Shown: positions 50,496 to 63,800, numbered from the stretch's first letter. The stretch: 64,000 nt of DNA from Mobula hypostoma (GCF_963921235.1 NC_086097.1:149236001-149300000), one strand, 5' to 3'. The notes: generated by a model from the letters alone, not told the origin. Numbers and translations: made by a program.

Positions 50496-53400
50496 GATGA
50501 ATGGTGATGAACAAAAGGGACTTCAGAAGTCAGAGGTCTTTAGTTTTCTGGAAGTTCCAACAGAAGTTGACAGTGTGGCAAAAGAGGCATATGGCATGCT
50601 TGCCTTCATACATTGGACATGCAATATAAAAGATGGGACATGTGTTTCAACTTTACTAAACACTGGTTGCCACATGAGGGAAAATGTGGTTGTGCTGAAG
50701 AGAGTGCAGAAGAGTTTCACCAGTATGCTGTTTGTAGTTATGTGGAGAGAACGAATAGGCTATTTTTCCCTGGAGCAATGGTGATCTGAGAAAGGTATTT
50801 AAAATTGTAAGAGGTATAGGTACATTACGTAGTCAGAATTTTCTTTCCATGATAGGATATGAAAAAAGACGACACAGTGTGAGGAAGGAATTTTAAAAGG
50901 TGTCTGAAAGGAAAGTTTCATAACACAGTGAGGTTGAAATCTGGAATTCTGCCAAAGAGGTCTTAGAGTCATGTACAGTCACTGTTGAAACATTTAGATA
51001 TGCACTTAAATAGGCAAGACTTGGAAGGATACGCACCAGATGAGAGCAAATGGTAATTTGGTTTATAACTGTCACATGTACTGAGGTACTGTGAAAATCT
51101 TTGTTTTGCATGCTGGCCATACAGATAATTTCCCTTGAACACTGCATAGAGATAGTACAAAGGAAGATAATATTAATGCAGAATAATGTGTTACTGTTGC
51201 AGAGTAAGAGCAATGCAGGCAGACAAATAAGTTGCAAGGTCATAATGAGGTAGATTCTGAGGTCAAGAATCCATTTTATTGTACAAGATGGATTTTTGTC
51301 CTGCAGTCTTGTAACGGCAGGATAGAGGCTGCTCTTGAGCTAGATTGTGCACGCTTTCAGGCTTTTCTATCTTCTGCGCCCATTGACCAAGGTGGAGGTG
51401 TCTTTGATTAATTTGGCTGCTTATCAAGTGTAGGTGGTGTCCATGGAGGGGAGGCTGATTTCCATATGTATTGAGCTGTGTCCACAAATTTGTGCAATTT
51501 CTTGCTGTCATGGGAAGAGCATTTGCTATATTAAGCTGAGGAAAAGATCGTTGTCATGACACCATACAACTAGGTTCTCTATTTCTCTATTAAGTGTCAT
51601 TTGCAAACTTGTAGATGGCATTAAAGCAGAATCTGGCCACACAGTCATAAGTGTACAGGGAGCTGAGTTTGAGTGCTGAGGATATAATCTTGTGGGGCAC
51701 CAGTGTTAATTCTGATGGCGTTCAGCTTATTCTTACATTGTGGTCAGGAAGTTAAGGATCCAGTTGCAAAAGGAGTTGTTGAGTCCTGTATCTAGGATTT
51801 TGGATATGAGTTTGCTTGGAATTATGGTATTAAAGGTTGAGCTGTTAACTAATAGTCTAAGGAAGGTGTCTTTACTATCCGGTTGCTCCAGAGACAAGAT
51901 GAGGGCCTGGGATTAATATATATAGCTGAAAGATTGGCATTGACATTATTGGTCGATGGGGCCCATTCCTGTGCTGTAATCTGTCTGACTTTTATCTGTT
52001 TCTTACCTCTTTACTGCAAAAAACACTTTTTTGAATGAAGCAGGACTCAACAAATCTAGGTGTTTCATGCACAGTAAGAGCAAGTCCAAATTGAATTCTC
52101 CTAAACTGTGTTCCTTTTGTTCAAGTTGTTTTTAAAGATACATTCTCAGAATTTAGACATCACTTAAAAGGTAATGTCTGCTTGTCTTTGGGAAGGTACT
52201 GATAACCCTTTTTGAGCCACCAAGAAGGTCAAAGGCAGCAAATTCATGGGAGCACAATCACCTCAGGTTCACCTCCAAGATGTAAACCATTCTAGCTTGG
52301 AAATGTATTGCTGTTCCTCCTTTATCATGGGGTCTACATCTTGGAAAACTTCTTTCCAAGAGCACTATGGAGTACCTTTACCAGGGTAGTAGATGCTCTC
52401 CACCACTTTTTTCAAAGCTTGTTAGGATAGGGAATAAATGTTGGCCTTACCATGAATGCCATATGTTGAAAAATGAATAAAATAGAAATTGCCTTGGCAA
52501 TTGATTGAACTGTGGTATATCTGTGCTAGGATGCTGTGTGGCCTGAAGACAAGCTCAGTTGTGTTGTTGACAAGATACAATCATAGAAAGTTTGGTCTTT
52601 AATGTTTGTCTCGGTTGAGAAAGAGTCCAGAAAGGAGTTATTTTGCTCTCCTTTATCAGAGATAATTTTCCTGTATTTCTGTGGAATAAATGCTGCTACT
52701 TAAAAATAAACCCAATCCTAGATGTGGTTTGAGTCTTTCTGCACAGAGGCATGAACTTGTTCATTATCTGAATTACAAATAAAACTGAACTCCACAGAAG
52801 TTTTAACAGCCTACTTTTGATGACACACACTGATGAACCAGTTGATGTCCTTCATGTATTGATATGTGGATTCTGCAGAATTGAGAGGATTATTTAAAAA
52901 CATAATCTTTGAGCTGAGTAATATCATGCAACATTTCAAGCGATCAAAATTGTTATCTTTGTTTTTCATCTTAGAATTAAAATATTGATTTTGTTTTCCA
53001 TTCAAGTAAATGATGTAATAATTATAGTGCTGTTAATTATGGGCGGAAATGAAAATAATGTTGAGAGAAGTATAATTGATGGTAAAATAAGTAATAAATG
53101 TTTTACCCATTCCCTTTTTGGAAGCAGTGATTCTGCAAGATTCGGATTAAATAATGTTGAAAGCAATTCTGGTCCTTTGCCACTTGCTTCACATACAATC
53201 ATACTGGAAAATTTCATGGTCTATTTAACAATGAGGAATGGCATTTGAATTAGTCACTGACCTCCTGTGTCTCTTTGCCACAGTTCCATGTCCATTGAGG
53301 AATCTATTTCTAAGGTTTGCTGTACATGTTGTATTTTTTATTCTCTTTAACTGAGTTGGTTCTATCTGTGTTACTATTATGCCAGTGAATTTCCACTGAG

Positions 53401-53609
53401 CAAACATGAGAAAGAATTGATCTTGATTCTTTAGTTCATTGATGCTATTCCAGTCAGAAGAGTTACTTGGAGAAAGACTTGCACGTGAATTTATGATGGT
53501 AGCCTTTGGTTCAAATTCAGTTGGGAGCTGATCATGAAGAAGAATCAATTTGCATTGATTTGTTTCATAATTATCATGTTATCTGTTGTCTGTGTTATTT
53601 CACCTGGAG

Positions 53610-53781
53610 GTATACATCACGGATCGAAAAGATTGACTATGAGCAAGGAAAATTGCTGATCCACTTCGAGAGATGGAGCCATCGGTATGATGAATGGATT
53701 TACTGGGACAGTCATCGCCTACGACCTCTTGAGGGGAACTCAGTACAAAAAGAAGCACTTAAAGATGAGGAAGAGATTATA
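53610..53781 (+). CDS. PHF20L1: PHF20L1 second coding exon, Tudor domain 1
   Basis: 172 nt, donor ATA|gtgagt, in phase with neighbouring exons. Translates [74 protein letters not shown] is PHF20L1-type. Confidence 0.93.
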
Positions 53782-54487
53782 GTGAGTGAAAGCTTTGAAT
53801 TTAGATAATTTGCCCCAAGTTGATTCCTTCCTGAATAAGTTTAGGTTGCCAGTGGACATTTTTTTAACCAAACATTGTGGATTGTGTAATAGAATTACTT
53901 GAGGAAATAGTTGTTGCTGGTCATCCCATTTTTTTCTCATCAACTTATGACAGTCTACAAAATTTTTTAAAAAAGGTTCCAGATCTTTCAACTGGAAACT
54001 GGCAATTGCACCTGAAGCTTCCATCTTTCAAATTCGACCTGTTTAACTGTAAATTTGGCAATCAGAGGGCAAGTCAGAAATTCTGAATATCGCAGCTGAT
54101 TATACCAATTACAAGTTAACTGTTTTGCTGGGATTTGCAGACCACGCATGTTGTTTGGAGTTGCAACTGTCTTGAATTTGCTTGTTCCACATCTACATAA
54201 GGCCAATTTTGCTTGCAGAGTGTTCCCTGGCACCAGTTGCTAAGGCCGTAAGTGATATTAGGGTTTTGAGTGATATGACCAGGTAGGGTAGTTGGACCTG
54301 AATATGCCTTTACCTATGAAGCACTTCTGGAGCCTTTAACAAATGGATAAACTCCTTACTACCTGTCAAAGCTGTCAAACCTTTTCATTGTTTTTGAATG
54401 TCTTTGAAAGTTAAACAGTTAAAATAAATGTTGTACTTTTTTCCAAAGTAAACAATCAAAATTGTCACTGATATTTTACGTAAAATA

Positions 54488-56087
54488 CAGTGCCTGTAAA
54501 AAGTATTTACCCCACCCCCCCGGAAGTTTTCATGTTTTATTGTTTTACAGTATTGATTCACAGTGGATTTAATTTGGCTTTTTTGACACTGATCAATAGA
54601 AAAAAAAACTCTTTTGTGTTAAAGTGAGAACACATCTCTACAAGTGATCTAAATTAATTACAAATATAAAACACAAAATAATTGCTTGCATACCTATTCA
54701 CCCCCTTTAATATGACACATCAAATCATCACTGGTGCAGCCATTGGTTTTAGAAGTCACATAATTAGTTAAATGGAGATCACCCTTGTTCAGTCAAGGTG
54801 TTTCAATTGATTGTAGTAAAATTACACTTGTATCTGGAAGATCCAACTGCTGGTGAGTCAGTGTCCTGACTAAAACTATACCATGGCAAGACAAAAGAAC
54901 AGTCCAAGAAACTCCATGAAAAGGTTGTTGAAAATCACAGGTCAGGAGATGGATGCAAGAAAATTTCCAAGTCACTGAATGTCCCTTGGAGTAAGTCAAT
55001 CATCAAGAAATGGAAAGAATATGGCACAGCTGTAAATCTGCCTAGTGCAGGCTATCTTCAAAAACTGAGTGGCCGTGCAAGAAGAGGACTAGTGAGGGAG
55101 GCCACCAAGAGATCTGCGACAATTCTGGAGGAGTTACAAGCTTTAGTGGCTGAGATGTGAGAGACTGCACATACAATAACTGTGCTTCGCCAGTCACAGC
55201 TTTCTGGGAGAGTGGCAAAGACAAAGCCACTGTTGAAAAAAGCTCACATGAAATCTCGGCTAGAGTTTGTCAGAAGGCATGTGGGAGACTGAAGTCAGCT
55301 AGAGGAAGGTTCTATGGTTTGATAAAACCAAAATTGAACTTTTTGGTGATCAGATTAAACGCTATGTTTGGTGTAAACCAAACTCCGCACATCATCAGAA
55401 ACACATCATCCCTACTGTGAAGCATGGTGGTGGCTGCATCATGCTGTGGGGATGCTTCACTGCAGCAGGCCCTGAAAGACTTGTAAAGGTAAAGGGTAAA
55501 ATGAATGCAACAAAATACAGTGAAATCCTGGAGGAAAGCCTGATGTAGTCTGCAAGAGAACTGTGACTTGGGAGAAGATTTGATTTCCAGCAAGACAGTG
55601 ACCTTAAACATAAAGCCAAAGCTACACTGGGCTGGCTTAAAGCAACAAAGTTAATGTCTTGGAGTGGCCAAGTTAGAGTCCAGACCTCAATCCAATTGAG
55701 AATTTGTGACTGGACTTGAAAAGGGCTTTTCACTCAAGATCCCCATGCAATCTGACAGAGCTTGATCAGTTTTGTAAAGAAGAATGAGGAAAAATTGCGG
55801 TGTCCAGATGTGCGAAGCTGATAGACCTATCCACACAGACTCAAGGCTGTATTTACTGCCAAAGATACATCTACTAAATACAGACTTGAAGGGATGAGTA
55901 ATTATGCAAGCAATTATTTTGTGATTAATAATTGTAATAAATTCAGAACAATTTGTAGAAATTTGTTTTCACTTTGACACGAAAGTGTCTTCTCTGTTGA
56001 TCAGTGTTGAAAAGCCAAATTAAATCCATTGTGATTCAATGCTGTAAAACAATAAAACATGAAAACTTCCTGTTGGGGGGTAAATAC
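54488..56087 (+). mobile_element. Tc1-family transposon (Passport-like), decayed
   Basis: TA|CAGTGCCTGTAAAAAGTATT left end; inverted repeats of about 200 bp with the right tip lost. Transposase remnants at about 54883-55885: IIKKWKEYGTAVNLP, IPTVKHGGGCIMLWGCF, FQQDSDLKH, WPS.SPDLNPIENL. Confidence 0.9.
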
Positions 56088-56293
56088 TGCATGTTGTTTT
56101 GTGGCAGCACTAAAATGCAAGGACAAAATTAATGCAAACTAAAGTATTACAAGATAGTGTTCACGGACTGTTCAAGGAGGAGAAAGTGTCAAAAGATAGA
56201 ATAAAATGATTAAACATGTGTAGATTAAAACAAATGCAAATAGCATCTTTTTCAAAAAGAAAAATCACTTGATATCTCTGTTGTCCTCATTTA

Positions 56294-59200
56294 AGACCAT
56301 AAGAGAACTAGGCCATTTGGCCTATTGAGTCTGCTCTGCTTTTTCATTATGGCTGATCCATTTTCCCTCTCAGCGCTGATCTCCTGCCTTCTCCCCATAT
56401 CTTTTCATGCCCTGACTAATCAAGAATATATCAAAGTCTGCTTGATACCCAATGACTTGGCCTCCACAGTCACCTGTGGCAAATAATTCTACAGGTTCAC
56501 CACTCTCTGGCTAAAGAAATTTCTCCTCATCTCCATTCTAAAAGTATGTCCCTCTCTTCTGAGGCTGTATCCTTTGGTATTAGACTCCCCCACCATAGGA
56601 AACATACTCTCCACGTGCACTCTATCGAGGTCCTTTAACATTCAATAAGGTCACCCCCTCATTCTTCTGAATTCCAGTGAGTAGAGGCCCAGAGTCATCA
56701 AACACTCCTCATATGATAAGTCCTTCAATCCTGGAATCATTTTTGTGAACCTCCTTGAGCACTCTAATGTCAGCACATCTTTTCTTGGATGAGGGGCCTA
56801 AAACTCCTCACAATACTCTAAAAGTGAAACCTCACCGGTACTTTATAAAGCCTCAACATTACATCCTTGCTTTTATATTGTAGTCCTCTCAAAATGAATA
56901 TTAACATCGCATTTGCCTTCCTCAGCACCAACTCAGCCTGCAAATTAACCTTTAGGGAATCCTGCATGAGCACTTCCAAGACCCTTTGCACCTCAGATTT
57001 TTGAATTTTCTCTCCTTTTAGAAAATAGCATAAGCTTTTATTTCTTCTACCAAAGTGCATGACTGTACACTTCCCAACAATGTATCCCATCTGCCACTTC
57101 TTTGTTCATTCTCCAAATCTGTCCAAGTTATTTTATAGCCAACTTCCTCAAAGTTACCTACCTCTCCAACTATCTTCATATCCTCCACAAATTTGGCCAC
57201 AAATCCATCAATTCCATCATCCAAGTCATTGACATACAACGTAAAAAGAAGTGGTCCCAACACAGACCCCTGTGGATCACCACTAGTCATTGGCGGCCAA
57301 CCAGTAAAGTTCCCTTTATTCCCGCTCTTTGTCTCCAGCCAATCAACCAATGCTTTTTTCCATGCTTATATCTTTCCCGTAATACCATGGCCACTTAACA
57401 TGTTAAGGTGGCACTTTTTCAAAGGGCTTCTGAAAATCCAGTTACACAACATTCTCCGATTCTTCTTCATCTATCCTACTTGTTATTTCTTAAAAGAATT
57501 CTAACAGATTTGTCAGGCAGGATTTTCTCTTAAGGAAGCCATGCTAACTGTGGCTCATTTTATCATGTGCCTCTAAGTACCCCAAAACTACATGCTTAAC
57601 AATCGATTCTAACATCTTCCCAACCACTGAGGTAAGACTAACTGGCCTGTAATTTCCTTTCTTCTGCCTCTGTCCTTTCTGGAAGAGTGGAGTGACAGTT
57701 GCAATTTTCCATTCCCCCTGAAAGATGTCAGAATCAGTTGTTTCTTGAACAATCATTACTAATGCCTCCACAATCCCCTTAGCCACCTCTTTCAGAACCT
57801 GTGGGTGTATACTATTTGGTCCAGGTGACTTATCTACCTTGAGAACTTTCAGTTTTCCAAAAACCTTCTCTGTAGTAATGGTAACTTCACACACTTCTAC
57901 TCCCTGACACTTTCAAATTCCAGCATACTGCTGGTGTCTTCCACAGTGAAGTCTGATGCAAAATACTTTTTCAGTTCATCTGCCATTTCCTTGTCCCTGA
58001 TTGCTACCTCCCCAGCATCATTTTCCAGTGGTCCGATATCTACTCTCACCTCTTTTACCCTGGAGAAAATTTTTGGTATCTTCTTTAATGTTATTGTCTA
58101 GCTTACCTTCATATTCTCTTCTTTTCCTTGTTTCAGACATTTTCTGTTGCCTTCTGTTGGTTGTTAAAAGCTTTCCAATCCTCTTAAATTCCCACTAATA
58201 TTTGCTCTATTATATGTCTCTTTGGCTTTTATGTTGGCTTGGACTTCTCTTTTTGGCCATGGGTGTGTCATCTGTCTTTAGAATGCTTCTTCCTCTTTGG
58301 GTGTATATATCCTATGATTTCTGAATTGCTTCCAGAAAATTCAGCCAATGCTGCTGTGCTGTCATTCCTGCCATTGTTCTTTTCCAGTTGATTTTGGTTA
58401 CTTCTCTCTTATGCCTCTGGAATTCCCTTTACTTCACTGTAATACAGATGCATCTGACTTTAGCTTCTCCTTCTCAAATTGCATTGTGAATTCTATCTTA
58501 TTAGGATCACTGGCCCATAAGGGCTCCTTCACCTTGGGCTTTCTAATCGATTCTGGTTCATTGCACAGCACCCAATCCAGAATAGGTGATCCCCTAGTGG
58601 GCTGAACCACAAGCTGCTCTAAAAAGCCATCTCAATGGCCTTCTAGAAATTCTCCCTCTTGGGATTCAGCACCAACCTGATTTTGCCAATCTCTCTGCAT
58701 ATAGATGCAGTTATTAGGAAAGCAAGACAGCGACTATACTTCATTAGGAGTCTGAAGAGATTTGGTATGTCAACAAATACACTCAAAAACTTCTATAGAT
58801 ATAAACAACAGGAATTCTGCAGATGCTGGAAATTCAAGCTGTGGAGAGCATTCTGACAGGCTGCATCATTGTCTGGTATGGAGGGGGTCTACTGCACAGG
58901 ACCGAAACAAGCTGCAGAGAGTTATAAATCTAGTTAGCTCCATCCTGGGTACTAGCCTACAAAGTACCCAGGACATCTTCAAGGAGCGGTATCTCAGAAA
59001 GGCAGCGTCCATTGTTAAGGACATCCAGCACCCAGGGCATGTCCTTTTCTCACTGTTACCATCAGGCAGCAGGTACAGAAGCCTGAAGGCACACACTCAG
59101 CGAATCAGGAACAGCTTCTTTCCCTTTGCCGTCCGATTCCTAAATGGACGTTGAACATTGGACCCTACCTCACTTTTTTAATATATATTATTTCTGTTTT

Positions 59201-59990
59201 TTTGCACAATTTTAATCTATTTAATATACGTATACTATAATTGATTTACTTATTATTTTGTGTTTTTTTTGTTCTATATTATGTATTGCATTGAACTGAT
59301 GCTAGGTTAACAAATTACACGACACATGCCGGTGATAATAAACCTAATTCTGATATTGAAATTCGCCATAGCTATCATAACATTGACCTTTTGGCATGCA
59401 GTTTATATCTCCCATTGTAATTTGTAGATCATATCTTTACTACTATTTTAGGGATCTGTATATAACTCCCATTAGGGTCTTTTTTGCCCATGCAGTTCCT
59501 TAGCTCTACCCACAATGTTATTGTACCTTCTGACCCTATGTCACCTCTTTCTAATGATTTGATTTCATTTTTTTTTACCAGCAGAGCCAAGCCAACCCCA
59601 TCTGCCTACCTGCCTGTCTTTTTGATGCAATGTATATCCTTGGATGTTAAGCTTCCAGCTATAATCTTCTTAAAACCACAATTTAGTGATGCCCACAACA
59701 TCTTGCATGTCAATCTGTAACGGTGCTACAAGTTCATCAATCTTATTCCATATACTGCACGTATTCAAGTATAACACCTTCAGTTCTATATACGCCCTTT
59801 TCGATATTGTCTGCTTTTTAAATTGCAACCCATCCTTTTCCCTGAAATTTTACTCTATCTTCAGCCTCTCATTGATAACAGTCTCAATACACACTGCCTC
59901 TGTTTGTAAACCAACTGCCTCATGCACACAGCTCTGTTACTCCAGTTCCCATCCCTCTGCCAAATTTAAATGGATATGTTGCAGATTTTT
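56294..59990 (-). mobile_element. CR1 LINE, near full-length ORF2, decayed and interrupted
   Basis: ORFs 56818-57090, 57018-57350 (SGDPQGSVLGPLLF) and 57544-57894 (KSPGPNSIHPQVLKE…GNYRPVSLTS); endonuclease region continues after 59355. Confidence 0.88.
58702..59355 (+). mobile_element. Rex1-type LINE 3' end inserted in CR1
   Basis: KARQRLYFIRSLKRFG…HPGHVLFSLLPSGSRYRSL…NSFFPFAVRFLN; tail aataaacctaattctga; short atat repeat on both flanks. Confidence 0.85.
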
Positions 59991-60605
59991 GTCAGCCATA
60001 ACCTTCTGCTGGATCTAAAAACAAATTCTTCTGTGAAAGTCCTGGGGATCACAGCAAACTCCTGTTTCACCATTGAGATTGCCTAATGGGAAAGCACAAT
60101 CAGGAGATTGCAGCAAACCTTATCACGAAGTTCAGTATTTCACATTTGTGCAGTGCTACAAAGGGGTCTTGAACATATGGCGATATGAAAACAGCTATAT
60201 AAATGCAGCTTTCTCCCTGAATGTACTTGGGTACCTTTTATTCCATTGTACAGTCCATTGCAGCCTTTTCTTCTCTGCAGCTTCCTCTTGTTATGGTTGC
60301 TCTGATAGCTCACTATCTCTCCCATTTATTGCTGTATACAGATGGTTTCTTCTCCCTTCATGTCATTCAGTGAGAGCTAACTAAAGAGTTTTGTGCAGTG
60401 TTTCACAAACATGATATAGGAATTGGGCAAAAGGTTGAGCATATGAATGTGTTGCCCAGGGTGTGACAAATTTCAGTAAAACTTTATCAAGTTATTTATT
60501 TTAAAATTTAAAGAAAATAGGAGAGGAGCAAACCTTTTTGGATTCAGTTCCAAAGATAACTCATTCATTTATGAAAACTGAGGTAAAAATATTTCCCCTA
60601 TACAG

Positions 60606-60690
60606 GATTTCAAAAAAGGAGATGAAGTTCTGGCTCGTTGGACAGATTGTCGTTACTATCCTGCCAAAATAGAATACATCAATGAGGAGG
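60606..60690 (+). CDS. PHF20L1: PHF20L1 third coding exon, start of Tudor domain 2; gene continues beyond the window
   Basis: Acceptor tttcccctatacag, donor G|gtaggt, 85 nt. Translates [28 protein letters not shown](G). Confidence 0.93.
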
Positions 60691-60867
60691 GTAGGTGTAA
60701 AGAATATTTATCTGTTTCCAATCTCTAATGAAAGTTCTGTTTCCACTGAGTTACAAGTCCATGTGTCTGTTCTCCAAATAAGGGTATGAATGTTGCTAAT
60801 TTAAATATTTGTACCAACTTAACGACTAGAACCTGAACCACATTGGTAATGTTATTTCTTTTTTTTA

Positions 60868-63800
60868 CAGTGGTGCTAGAAAGTTTGTGACCCTTGTAGA
60901 ATTTTCTTTATTTCTGCTTAAATATGGCCTAAAATGTGATCAGATCTTTACGTAAGTCCTAAAACTAGATAAAGAGAATCCAATTAAATAAATAACACAC
61001 AAACATTGTACTTGTTCATTTATTTTTGAGAAAATGATCCAATATTACATGTATTTCTTGGAATGAGTATGTGAAGTTCTGGGGTGATGCCTTCTACAAA
61101 AGCTTTTTGGAGTCAGGTGTTTCAGTCAGTGAGATGAGATTGAAAGTGTGAGTTGTAGAGGTGCTCTGCCCTCTTTTTTTAAGAAAAGGGCGTACAAAGT
61201 CAGGTTACTGGCAGAAACTGCTCTTTTCAAGAAAGATCTGTTTATGTGCAACATGCCTCGATCAAAACAACTTTCAGAGGACTTTAGCAGAAGAATTGTA
61301 GAGATGCATGAAGCCGGAAAAGGCTACTGTGTACACTGTGTACATACATAGTGTACTAAAGCATTTCTAAAGACGTGAGTGTTCATCAGTCCACAGTAAA
61401 TAAGAGAAATTGTCTGCAAGTGGAGGGAATTGCTGCTCTCCCTAGTTGTGGGCGTCTTTCAAAGATTACACCAAGGGCACAACGTGCAATGCTGAAGGAG
61501 GTGAAAAAGAACCCAAAGATAACAGCAAAAGACCTGCAGAAATCTCTAGAACTAGCTAAAGTCTCTGTTCATGTGTCCACTATAAGAACAACACTGAATA
61601 AGAATAGTGTTCATGGAAGGACACCAAGGAGGAAACCACTGATCTCCAACAAAAAAGCAATGCTGCACCTTTCAAGTATGCAAAAGACCACCTGGATGCC
61701 CTTCAATGCTTCTGTGACAACGTTCTGTGGATCGATGAGACAAAAGTTGGACTTTCTGGCAGAAATGCACATTGCTATGTTTGGAGGAAATAGGGCACTG
61801 TACAGCAACACCAAAAGCTCATCCCAACTGTGAAGTATGATGGAAGGATCATCATGATTTGGGGCTTCTTTGCTGCCTCAGGGCCTGGACAGCTTGCAAT
61901 CATTGAGGGAACAATGAATTCAAAATTGTATCAAGACATTTTACAGGAGAATGTCAGGGTAGCAGGCCATCACCTGAAGCTTAATAGAAGTTGGATAATG
62001 CAACAAGGCAATGATCTGAAAGACATGAGTAAATCAACAACAGAATGGTTTAAAAAAAAAGAAAATTTGTGTTTTGGAATGGCAAAGTCAAGGTCCTGAT
62101 CTTAATCCTATAGAAATGTTGTGGAAGGACCTGAAACAAGCAGTTCATGCAAGGAAGCCTACCAACATCTCAGAGTTGAAGCAGTTTTGTAAGGAAGAAT
62201 GGCCTAAAATTTGTCCAGGTTACCAGAAATAAGAGAAAATTTACAGATGCTGGAAATCCGAGCAACACAAACAAAATGCTGAAGGAACTCAGCAGGCCAG
62301 ACAGTATCTGTGGAAAAAAATACAGTTGATGGGTTTCAGGCGGAAACCCTTTGGCAGGACTGGAGAAAAAAAGCTGAGGTGTGGGTTTGAAAGATGGAAG
62401 GAGGGGAGAGAGAAACAGGCAATAGGTAAAACCTAGAGAGGGAGGGATGAAGCAAAGAGCTAGGAAGTTGATTGGTGAAAGAGACAGAAGGCCATGAAAG
62501 AAAGAAGAAAGAGGAGGGAGCACCAGAGGAAAGTGATGGGTGAGCAAGGAGATAACATGAGAGAGGGGATGGGAAGTGGTGAAGGGGGAGCAGGTGGTGG
62601 AGGCATTACTGGAAGTTTGAGAAGTTGATGTTCATGCCGTCAGGTTGGAGGCTACCTAAACAGAACATAAGGTATTGTTCCTCCAACCCTAAGTATGGCC
62701 TTATCCCGACAGTGGATGGACATATCAGAATGGGAATGGGAAGTGGAATTAAAATGGGTGGCCCCTGGGAGATCCTGCTTGTTCTGGCAGATGGAGCGTA
62801 GGTGTTTGACGAAGCTGTCTCCCAATCTACGTAGGGGCTCACCGATACACTGGAGGCCACACTGGGAGCACCGAATACAGTATATGACCCCCAACAGACT
62901 CACAGGTGAAGTGTCGCCTCATCTGGAAGGACTGTCTGGGGCCCTGAATGGTAGTGAGAGAGGAGGTGTACAGGCAGTGAAGCACTTGTTTTACAAGGGG
63001 CCACACTGGGAGCACCGAACACAGTGTATCACCAAGCACGAGGAAATCTGCAGAGCTGGAATTTCAAGCAACACACATAAAAATTGCTGGTGAACACAGC
63101 AGGCCAGGCAGCATCTATAGGAAGAGGTACAGTCGACGTATCGGGCCAAGATCCTTCGTCAGGACGAACTGAAAGAAGATATAGTAAGAGATTTGAAAGT
63201 GGGAGGGGGAGGGGTGATCTGAAATGATAGGAGAAGACAGGAGGGGGAAGGGATGGAGCTAAGAGCTGGAAAGTTGATTGGCAAAAGGGATATGAGGGGT
63301 TCATGGGACGGATGGGAGGCCTAGGGAGAAAGAAAGGGGGAGGGGGGAAGCCCAGAGGATGGGCAAGGAGTATAGTGAGAAGGACAGAGGAAGAAAAAGG
63401 AGAGAGAAAAAAAATATTATAATAAAAGATAAATAAATAACGGATGAGGTACGAAGGGGGAGGTGGGGCATTAGCGGAAGTTAGGGAAGTCAATGTTCAT
63501 GCCATCAGGTTGGAGGCTACCCAGACGGAATATCAGGTGTTGTTCCTCCAACCTGAGTGTCGCTTCATCTTGACAATAGAGGAGGCCATGGATAGCCATA
63601 TCAGAATGGGAATGGGATGTGGAATTAAAATGTGTGTTACCAGTATATTACCAGAAATGTTTGGTTGAAGTTATTGCTGTACAAGGGGGTCACACCAGTT
63701 ACTGAAAGCAAAGGTTCACACACTTTTTCCAGCAAATACATGTAATTTTGGATCATTTTTCTCAAAAAATAAATGAACAAGTGTAATGTTTTTTGTTTTA

